A stretch of DNA of 64,000 bases from Octopus vulgaris (taxonomy: Eukaryota), in assembly GCA_951406725.2 (NCBI GenBank), contig OX597824.1:88226001-88290000 (forward strand), read 5' to 3'. How positions within the stretch are numbered: the first letter of the stretch is position 1; every line of letters starts with the position of its first letter. Below the pieces are notes generated by a model. The model saw only the letters and a list, made by a program, of their open reading frames with translations. It searched no databases and was not told the origin of the DNA. The position numbers and the translations under genes are program-made. This document shows positions 43,499 through 53,400 of this stretch, piece by piece.

Positions 43499-46400
43499 CA
43501 AAGTGAGATAGGGGTTGTGAGTGTACTGTTTTATTCTGTATTATTATGTTTGATCTTGATGTTCCTATATAATTACTTTAATAAATTATATGAATTGGTA
43601 TTATCTAGTAGTTGATGATTGATTTAAATATATTCCTCCATTTTCTTGTGGCAAGTAAAAAGCACCATCCGATTGTGGCCGTTGCCAGCCTCGCCTGGCC
43701 CCTATGCAGGTGGCACATAAAAAGCACCATCCATCTGTGGCCGTTTGCCAGCTCCGTCTGGCACCTGTGCGGGTGGCACGTAAAAAGCACCCACTACACT
43801 CACGGAGTGGTTGGCGTGAGGAAGGGCATCCAGCCGTAGAAACACTGCCAGATCAGACTGGGCCTGATGCAGCCTTCTGGCTTCACAGACCCCAGTTGAA
43901 CCGTCCAACCCATGCTAGCATGGAAAGCGGACGCTAAACGATGATGATATATGATGATGATATATATATATACACAATATGAGGGAATATTATTCTAAAC
44001 TTACAGGGAAAAATTCAATTTAGAAATACTAAATCAAATTTCACAAAATATAATATATATATATAAATTAGAAACCACCTTTTATCAATTCAATAATGAA
44101 AAATTAAATTATACCATCTAGAAAATTACATATTATAGAAAGATTAAATATATATGTAATTTTCTAGATTGTATAATTTAATTTTTCATTATTGAATTGA
44201 TAAAAGGTGGGTTTTTTCCCAATTTATATATATATATATATATTGATAAAACGGTAAGATAACAAAAGAAAGAATCTAATATGGACGCATATCATATATA
44301 TATATATATATACGTGTTATTATATGCTTGTATTGTTCATCTTTATTTGCCTATTTAAACATAACCTTTTATTACATTAACTGATTAAATAAAAATAAAA
44401 GTGTGAAGGAAGAACTGATGAAATTGTTCAAGTCCTTCATATCTTTTGTATAGAAATATTACGTAGTATATGACTAGTTTTGATTTTGAGAAATTAATGA
44501 GAATTAATGATTTTTAGTATTCATGAGAATTGACATTGAATTTATGTTTAATTTACGTTTCTTAGTGAAGGCCATAATACTGTCGGTGCCGTTGCACTTG
44601 ATAAGTTTGGTAATCTCGCATGTGGTACATCCACTGGTGGAATCACGGCCAAAAGACTTGGAAGAGTAGGTGACAGTCCCATAATAGGTAAAGTCCCTTA
44701 ATTTCAATTTTTTTCTATTAATTTTAACATGAAGTTCTGTTAATATTTTTCTCTTTTTTTTTTTTTACTTGTTTCAGTTATTTTGACTGTGGCCATGCTG
44801 GAGCTCCGCCTTTAATCGAGCAACTCGACCCCGGGACTTATTCTTTGTAAGCCCAGTACTTATTCTATCGGTCTCTTTTGCCGAACCGCTAAGTGACAGG
44901 GACATAAACACACCAGCATCTACACATAAACACACAAGCAATGCTAGGGGGACAAACACAGACACACAAACATACACGCACATACATATATACGACGGGC
45001 TTCTTTCAGTTTCCGTCTACCAAGGCTATAGTAGAAGACACTTGCCCAAGGTGCAACACAGTGGGAGTGAACCCGGAACCATGTGGTTGGTAAACAAGCT
45101 ACTTACCACACAGCCATCCTAACATAAATTGGACGGGCCTGTTGTCAGTATGTAGTCTTGATCTTTCATCAGACCTCACTACTCCTTCGCATGTCTACCT
45201 TGTCCGCAAGTACCTTCCAGTGACAACACGCTACTTTTCTCAGCCCAGCCCACAATATTCATTCACATCCCATGCCCAGATGATCTCTCTGCCATGCAGT
45301 GGGATTGAACCTAGAACCACGTGGTTGGGAAGCAAGCTTTTTACCATACAGCCACACCTACACTTGATGTTTGGCAAAAAATACATAGCTTCATCGTTAT
45401 AAAGGAAATGGGCTGTGGGTTGATTGAGAACAGATGGAGCAGTTGTAGGCCTTTGAAAATTTAGGATGATGTAGATGATGTAGATTAATGCTTGTAGTTT
45501 TGGTTTCTGATGTTAAAATTGCATTAGACTGAGGTTTAGGTGTTTCAGAGGTACGCCCCCACCTAAAAATCCCCTGTGTATTATACTCAAGGGCAGACTA
45601 TGCTCGAAGATTTACGGTATGCAATGATTTACAATTCTTGTCTCTGCTTTCTGTCCAAAAAGCAATCACATTTAACATTTATTTACCCAGGTTCTGGTGG
45701 ATATGCTGATAATAACATAGGTGCTGTTTCAACAACTGGTCATGGAGAAGCCATATCAAAAGTATGTCTTGCTAAACATATCATCCATCTTTTGGAACAA
45801 GGTAATTGAATAATCTCATAATACCAAATTCTTTGATAGTTATAAACCTTTTCCATGATAAGGGCCTTGTGTCTCTCTCTTTACTCTTTTACTTGTTTCA
45901 GTCATTTGACTGCGGCCATGCTGGAGCACCGCCTTTGGTCGAGCAACTCAACCCCAGGACTTATTCTTTGTAAGCCCAGTATTTATTCTATCGGTCTCTT
46001 CTGCTGAACCGCTAAGTGATGGAGACATAAACACACCAGCATCGGTTGTCAAGCAATGCTAGAGGGACAAACACAGACACACAAACATACATATATACGA
46101 TGGGCTTCTTTCAGTTTCCATCTACCAAATCCACTCACAAGGCTTTGGTCGGCCCAAGGCTATAGTAGAAGACACTTGCCCAAAGTGCCATGCAGTGGGA
46201 CTGAACCTGGAACCATGTGGTTGGTAAGCAAGCTACTTACCACACAGCCACTCCTGGGTAATAAAAATTATAATACTTTTAACTGGTGGAGGAAACTCTG
46301 CAAAAGTTTCCTTGTTTGTCATATATTTATATTTAGATATTTTTGCAGAATATTCCTCCAATTAGCATTCAAATAGGGATCAATAATTTTAGCATTTTTA

Positions 46401-47237
46401 GTACACCGGACGAAATGCTTAGCGGTATTTCGTCTGTCGCTATGTTCTGAGGTCGACTTTGCCTTTCATCCTTTCGGGGTCGATTAAATAAGTACCAGTT
46501 ACACACTGGGATCGATATAATCGACTTAATCTGTCTGTCTGTCCTCTCTGTGTTTAGCCTTTTGTGGATAGTAAAGAAATAGGTATTTCGTCTGCCTCTA
46601 TGTTCTGAGTTCAAATTCCGCCGAGGTCGACTTTGCCTTTCATCCGTTCAGGGTCGATTAAATAAGTACCAATTATGCACTGGGGTCGATATAATCCATC
46701 TGTCTGTCCTTGTTTGTCCTCTCTGTGTTTAGCCCCTTGTGGGTAGTAAAGAAATAGGTATTTCGTCTGTCGTTATGTTCTGAGTTCAAATTCCGCCGAG
46801 GTCGACTTTGCCTTTCATCCTTTCGGGGTCGATAAATAAAGTACCAGTTTCACACTGGGGCCGATGGAATCGATTTAATCCCTTTGCCTGCCCCCTCTAT
46901 GTTTAGCCCCTTGTGGGTAGTAAAGAAATGTATATGTGGCTATGATATGTCCACACTTACAGTTTGCGTTTCTAGCCTGGAACCATATCTTGTAAATTGA
47001 TATAATTCTTTATCATTTTTCTTTTTAGGATTTGATCCGGATGCAGCAGCTAAAGAAGCCATTAATTTTATGTTGAACAGAGTCAATGGTTGTGGTGGAG
47101 CTATAGTTTTAAATAAAATGGGACAAGCTGCTGTCAATTTTAGTACTGAGCGAATGGCTTGGGCCTGGCAAAATGAACTTGCTCTACATTTTGGATTGAA
47201 TCCAACAGAACACTTCACGGAAGTTTCGATTGTTTGA
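39146..47237 (+). CDS. ASRGL1: Isoaspartyl peptidase/L-asparaginase (Ntn hydrolase), 316 aa; join 39146-39341, 40615-40757, 42748-42917, 44566-44687, 45691-45801, 47029-47237
   Basis: Six GT-AG exons total 951 nt in frame: [24 protein letters not shown]...[10 protein letters not shown]...[37 protein letters not shown]...[29 protein letters not shown]...[15 protein letters not shown]...MAWA; ends in TGA. Confidence 0.96.
39592..39813. mobile_element. piggyBac-type MITE
   Basis: TTAA TSD, CCCTTTAG TIRs, inverted copy of 12548-12767. Confidence 0.75.
40025..40419 (+). mobile_element. Non-autonomous Helitron (same family as 1969-2314)
   Basis: TCTCTCTATATATAAAGCTG start; 3' hairpin plus CTTG|T end; colinear with the minus-strand copy at 1969-2314. 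Confidence 0.75.
40615..40757 (+). CDS. ASRGL1: ASRGL1 coding exon 2
   Basis: [21 protein letters not shown]...IVMER; TTAG and GTAATA boundaries. Confidence 0.95.
41145..41520 (-). mobile_element. Non-autonomous Helitron-like element inserted into a SINE
   Basis: TC(TC)TATATATAAA 5' end; 3' end is a long hairpin ending in CTAG. Confidence 0.65.
42227..42467. repeat. Long inverted repeat (about 110-bp arms)
   Basis: GTGTGGAAGG...TTTATAAGCCATTTAAAAACACACAAAAACCGTTAGATTCA versus its reverse complement at about 42410-42467. Confidence 0.85.
42748..42917 (+). CDS. ASRGL1: ASRGL1 coding exon 3
   Basis: [19 protein letters not shown]...; ACAG and GTAAGT boundaries. Confidence 0.93.
43142..43215 (+). 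ncRNA. Type I hammerhead ribozyme motif (Penelope/retrozyme-like minimal stem III) in ASRGL1 intron 3
   Basis: Stem I TGCA/TGCA; core CTGATGA at 43146-43152; stem II GTAC/GTAT; GAAAC at 43200-43204; palindromic loop GATC; GTA cleavage triplet at 43209-43211; AATAAA just downstream. Confidence 0.65.
44054..44235. repeat. AT-rich inverted repeat (about 75-bp arms)
   Basis: CCACCTTTTATCAATTCAATAATGAAAAATTAAATTATAC...TCTAGAAAATTACATAT versus its reverse complement. Confidence 0.85.
44566..44687 (+). CDS. ASRGL1: ASRGL1 coding exon 4 (catalytic Thr)
   Basis: [41 protein letters not shown]; TTAG and GTAAAG boundaries. Confidence 0.96.
45691..45801 (+). CDS. ASRGL1: ASRGL1 coding exon 5
   Basis: [28 protein letters not shown]; CCAG and GTAATT boundaries. 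Confidence 0.95.
47029..47237 (+). CDS. ASRGL1: ASRGL1 coding exon 6 (terminal)
   Basis: [27 protein letters not shown]...ERMAWAW...HFG...TGA; polypyrimidine acceptor. Confidence 0.93.
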
Positions 47238-47409
47238 AAACCCTTGAATATTTTGTAACAAATATTTCGCAGTATACATATTTTATCAACATCTACATTT
47301 CGTCCTAGAGTTGTCAGCTAATTCACAAGGGACATGTTTCATGTGCTAAGATAATCTTTTTATAAATTCAAACAAACTACATATATTACCTAAAAAAAAA
47401 AAAAAATGA

Positions 47410-47442
47410 AATAAAATTAATTCAACTATATTTGTTAATAAA
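47410..47442 (+). terminator. Polyadenylation signals of ASRGL1
   Basis: AATAAA at 47410 and 47437, followed by T-rich sequence. Confidence 0.55.
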
Positions 47443-47712
47443 ATTAGTTTTATTTTTCGGATTTTGACTTGAAAATATGGTCTTTCTTGATGAATTCTTT
47501 TTTTTAGTCCCACATCAAAAAGGCTTTGTAATATGAATCAGGAATATAGTGGTGATCTGGCAGAATCATTAGCATGACAGGCAAAAGGCTTAGCATTTCA
47601 TCAGTCTTTATGTTCTAAGTTCAAATTCCACTGAGGTCGACTTTGCCTTTTATCCTTTTGAGGTCAATAAAATAAGTACCAGTTGAGTATTTTGGACAAT
47701 GTAATCAACTTG

Positions 47713-48023
47713 GACAGCGAGGCTCACCAATGGAGAAGTTCTTAAGCAGATCAGGCCGAAAATGTCGCTAGAAGCTAGGATCATCAAGCATAGATTGGCA
47801 TATTTCGGTCATATTATGCGGAGAAAATCCATGGAGAAGGACATCATGCTCGGAATGGTCAGTGGCAGACCAAGAACCCACTGGCTTGACACCATCAAGA
47901 GTGATACCGGAATGGACATAGCCAATCTGAAAGAAGCGGCCCAGGATAGAACTGACTGGAGGACACTGATCCATTGAGTAACCAAGAGTCAACTTCGACT
48001 GAGCGGATAGATAGATAGATAGA
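47713..48023 (+). mobile_element. 5'-truncated RTE (BovB-like) LINE
   Basis: RLAYFGHIMRRKSMEKDIMLGMVSGRPRTHWLDTIK...QDRTDWR; (GATA)n tail; 11-bp TSD TAATCAACTTG at 47702 and 48024. Confidence 0.9.
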
Positions 48024-49850
48024 TAATCAACTTGTGCCAAAATTCAAAATTATTATAAATCAGGAATCACCTTGTGTAACTTGTCTCTGGCAGTAAAACA
48101 TTACATTAAATATGGCTCTGTAAGCATGAATAAGAATACCAATGTGACGGAATCATTATTTGCAAAGAATTTTCTGGATTTGGATCCGTATGTTCAAGTT
48201 ATTTCCCAAACTGTCACAATGGTAATGCCTTTGTAATGACAAACATGACCAATAGCAATGATGAGAGGGAAAGAAAATTTCCAGATAAATAATATTTAAT
48301 TAGTGATCCCGTGACCGACCAGACCATCAGATGTTTTACACATGGCTGGTCACAATGTTTTAGCCTTCAAATGACGCCATCCCACTGGCTAAGCGAGCAG
48401 GCCAACAGAAGAAAGAGAGAAAGAGTACAGCAGGGATCACCACCCCCTGCTGGAGCCTCGTGGAGCTTTTAGGTGTTTTCGCTCAATAAACACTCACAAC
48501 GCCCAGTCTGGGAATCGAAACCGCGAGTCCGCTGCCCTAACCACTGGGCCATTGCATAATAATTGAAATTGCATGACAATCCCACAACAAAAGACATAAT
48601 GAGAAGATATTCTCATAATTATTTAACATCCATTTTCCTTGTTGGCATGGGTTGGACTATTTGACAGGAGTTGGCAAGACAAGGAGCCGTACCAGGTTCC
48701 ATTGTCTCCCTTGGCATAGTTAACGCAGCTAAATGCCCTTCCTGACACCTACTACTTTACAGTGTACTGGCTTTTTGTGCCACCATGCAAACAAGTCACT
48801 GAAACAGTATTGAATTGGCCGTGAAAAAAAAATAGTAGCAAGTCACACCCAGAGCGTTTGGATTGTTGAAGTGTCTACAGGTATGGCTGTGAGTTTAAGT
48901 CTATAAAAATTCCATTCGTATGACAAATTCCTTGAAGCCATGCAATAAGTAAATTTGATAGCATATAAGACACATTTTCCCGAAAATTTCTCAGGAAAAA
49001 AAAAGAGAAAAAAATACTACCTTGGATATAAGTAGGGACTATCTATATTACATGCTTTAATGCACTGAAATTTTTTTTTTCCTGAAGCACCAATCCGATC
49101 ATGGCCATTGCCAGCCGCGCCTGGCACGTAAAAAGCACCCACTACACTCACGGAGTGCTTGGCGTTAGGAAGGGCATCAAGCTGTAGAAACTCTGGCAGA
49201 TCAGACTGGAGCCTGGTGCAGCCTTCTGGCTTCCCAGACCCTGGTCGAACTGTCCAACCCATGCTAGCATGGAGAACGGACGTTAAACGATGATGATGAT
49301 GAAGCGCTGCTGAAATAGGGATTTCTCTTATATGCCTGTGCATTTTTATGCCATCAAATATGGTATATAACAAGTGAGGAAATAATTAGTTTCAGTTGTT
49401 TTCTGTTCAAAAGTCTTACCTTACGGAATTACAGAGATGTACTTGCATAGCAAGTGATTTGATCTGAGATAGTCTTACCTTATTTTCACACTTGATAAGA
49501 TATTGTAATCAGAAAATATGCATGACAGAATCACATGAACAACTTTAAGGTAAACATAGAACCATTATAATTTAATGCCTGTTTTCCATGCTGGCATGGG
49601 TTTGGATGATATGAGAGAATGCCCTTCCTCTCATCTGTTTTTAAGCAAGATCATATTCCCCATTGTCAGATGTATTTTCACAGAAGATTGAAAATGAATG
49701 ACAGTGGCACCTGGTACTCAAAACCACCATACTATGTCAAGACAAGGATTAAACAAATTTTAGTGGGATTCAATTTTGTTATCACCCTTTCCATGTTGTA
49801 TTTCAATGTAAATTACATCAAAATAATTTGTAATTCATTTCATGGCTAAT

Positions 49851-50139
49851 TATTTATTTATGCGCCCCTTTCAAGCCTTGCCAGGCTCATGGGCCTGGTT
49901 TCCCGGTTTCTGTGGCGTACGTGTTCCCCCCAGCTGGATGGAATGCCAGTCCATCGCAGCGCTCCTCAAGAAACAGGAAGAGAGAGTGAGAGAAAGTTGG
50001 GGCGAAAGAGTACAGCAGGGGTCACCACCAACCCTGCCAAAGCCTTGTGGAGCTTTTGCTCAATAAACACACACAACGCCCGGTCTGGGAATCGAAACCG
50101 TGAGTCTGCTGCCCTAACCACTGGGCCATTGCGCCTCCA
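49851..50139 (-). mobile_element. tRNA-derived SINE, family A (tail type 3); plus-strand copy at 50719-50998
   Basis: Same head; TSD CATT(T/C)CATGGCTAAT; the 50719 copy has TSD ACATAATGTAGC. Confidence 0.85.
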
Positions 50140-50414
50140 CATTCCATGGCTAATAAAGAATTTATTTTCATTTAAAAGATGAGCCTTAAATCATTGTTAA
50201 CCCGTCCAACCCATGCAAACATGGCAAACAGACACTGAGTGATGATAATGATAACAGTATTGTTATTATTTTTTTTCTTTGCAGAAATAAGTGGACTCAG
50301 CAACAACAAAAGAAAAGTTTTTTTAACAGTTTTACTTTATTTTAGATGTTTTTAACCCAACGATACTGTTGAAAAATTGTCTAAAGTTATGTTCTAAGAA
50401 AAACTCCATTTTTC

Positions 50415-50443
50415 TCAAGGCTTGACAGGATCGAAGTGGGTAT
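50415..50443 (-). CDS. roh-like microprotein, terminal coding exon (HTHFDPVKP*)
   Basis: TTTCTTTTCAG acceptor, correct phase, TGA stop, downstream AATAAA. Confidence 0.75.
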
Positions 50444-53400
50444 CTGAAAAGAAACGAAACAATTATCATTCCAGAAGTATTAAAATTTACACATACTAGA
50501 CACATAAATGCAAAACAAGGTGGAAAAAATAGTATTCAAATACCTAAGGTAGAGTAATACGCTTTTATTAAAGCTCCAAAATCTTTATAAAAAACTTACT
50601 CAGAGTTTCATATTCCTGTCTGTTGGGCAGTTGATGAATACAACTGTCCGATGAACAGGAATATGAAACTCTGAGTAACAGTTTTTTTTTCAACTTTAAT
50701 AAATGTACATAATGTAGCTTGTAGAGGCGCAATGGCCCAGAGGTTAGGGCGGCGGACTCGCAGTCAGAGGATCGCGGTTTTGATTCCTAGACCAGGCGTT
50801 GTGTGTGTGTGTTTATTGAGCAAAAACACCTGAAGCTCCACGAGGCTCTGGCAGGGGGTGGTGGCAACCCCTGTTGTACTTTTTCGCCCCAACTTTCTTT
50901 CACTCTTTCTGTGGGGAACACATATGCCATAGAAACTGGGAAACCAGGCCCATGAGCCCGGCTAGGTTTGAAAAGAGCGCATAAATAAAAAATAAATAAC
51001 ATAATGTAGCCACATGTGGGCCGTTGGTGATTTCTTTTCCATCTTTGGAATTTTCCCATTCTTGTTTCTGAGGAAGAGCTATGCTCGAAACATCAAACTC
51101 TCCTTTCACCGAGCGTCAAATTAATACATTTCTTGTGCACAACCTCATGTTCTTCTTTACCGTTTTTATATTTGAACTGGCTATTGAGTTGCTTTGACTC
51201 TTGTTTCTAGCAGTACAGGTGCTGATTAGTGTCCTTGTTCACTTTAGTGACATATTTTTGCCTTTAGCTTGTAAAATTGCAAATTAGCCACCCATATTCT
51301 TTTCAACTGTAGGCACAAGGCCTGAAATTTTGAGGGAAGCAGGGAGATGATTAGATCAACCCCAGTGCGCAACTGGTACTTAATTAATCGACCCCGAAAA
51401 GATGAAAGGCAAAGTCGACCTTGGTGGTATCTGAACTCAGAACGTAAAGACAGATGAAATACCTATTTCTTTACAACCCACAAGGGGCTAAACACAGTGG
51501 GGACAACAAACGGATTAAGTCAATTATATCGACCCCAGTGCATAACTGGTACTTAATTAATCGACCCCGAAAGGATGAAAGGCAAAGTCGACCTCGGTGC
51601 AATTTGAACTCAGAATGTAGCGGCAGACCAAATACCGCTAAGCATTTCGCCCAGCATGCTAACGATTCTGCCAGCTGCCACCCATATTACACACACACAG
51701 ATATAGTGAGAGAATATATTTTAGAATAAGACAATGAAGACACTTACGTTCTCTCTTAGCTCTGATGGTACTCCATTTCGCCCAGTTGCCAGGTTGGTTT
51801 GCTGTTAAAAATAAATAAAAATATATATGATACTTTCAGTTAATTGCATCCAAAGGTTATTATAATGTAAATATATTTGCCCACTTTTATCCCACCTTAA
51901 CCCTTTCGTTACCATATTTATTTTGAGATGCTCTGTGTTTCTTTCAATTATTTAAAATATAACAAAGAATTTAGTAAAATAACTTATGTATCATTCAGCT
52001 AGAGTTAGGAACATAAATTGTGACTAAAGTTTGGTGGAAGATTTTAATTTAAAACTTATGAAAACAAGACATTTGTACTCAGAGCCAGTGCTGGTTTCAG
52101 CCAGGTTTGTAACGAAAGGGTTAATTTGGTGCTTTATATATTTTCATTTCAGCACTACATGTTTCTTTACTGGACTTGCAATGTCTAAGCTACAGTCCCA
52201 AAAGCTATTTGTCAAGTAATTTCTTTTCCAACACACACACATGCAAGGCAGTTGGTGTTAGGAGGGATATCCAACATAAAAACCCTGCCAAAACAGACAG
52301 TGAAGCCTGGTGCAGTCTTCTGCCTGGCCAGCCCTTGTCAAACTGTCCAACTCATGCCAGCATGGAAAACAGATATATGATGATGATGATGCATTTCACA
52401 ATTTCAATCAATCAAAATCAAAGACGGCATTCACCCGGGGTGGGTTGAGCTGGCTTCATTCATCCTCAATGCTGCATCTCTCACAAACGCTGACCAGGCC
52501 TGGCGATTTGAGGCTAACGACCGCGTGATCTTTAACCACTCCTTATTCCAGCGGCGAATGCCACAGACATGGGGGCCTATGTTGGGTTCCATATCAGCCA
52601 GGTTTTTCATTGTCCACCACATCGCTTTCGCCAACCCTGAAGGGGAGCTGGGGCAATTGCTTCGTAGATGAATTCTCCTGGTTTCACAATTTGCCTCTCA
52701 ACAAATTCTACCAGATATCTTTTCTGCAATGAAGATATTCAGTACAGTTTCTAAGGGAGATACAACAATTTGGAATTGCTCAGCAACACTAAAATGCTAG
52801 TTTTGTCTCAAAGAATTGGCATGGCTGTGAAGTTTGCTTCCCGAACATTTGGTCTTGGGGTTCAGTCACATTGTGCTGCAGCATCTTGAGATGTCTTCTA
52901 CTATAGCCCTGAGTCAACCAAAGTCTTGCGAGTAGACCGGGTTGACAGAAACGGAAAGAACCCCCGTCATACATACATGTGTGTGTTTATCTCTTTCTCT
53001 ATGTATCCCATGAAGGTTGTAAACAATCATTACTCCTATACAAGTGACATTATTTGTTTCCAGTTTCCCATAAAAAAAGCCATGTCACTTTATGGGAGGT
53101 GATCACTTAAGGTGGAGGGAAGTTGTGGGAGAGGGAAACCCAGGAAGAGGGAAAACCAGCTCCATTGTCTGTTTTGGCATGGTTTCAATGGATGGAGGCC
53201 CTTCCTAACACCAACAACATTACAAAGTGTACAGGGTGCTTTTCTATGTGGCACTAGTACCGGTGCTTTCTATGTAGTACCGTTACTCATGCATTCTATG
53301 TGGTACCAGCATCATCAGGGTCACCAAGTGACTTGTAACCCCACCACCAATCTCAAAATGCTGAGCCTTATAAAGAAGATGACAAGGACCGAGATATGTA

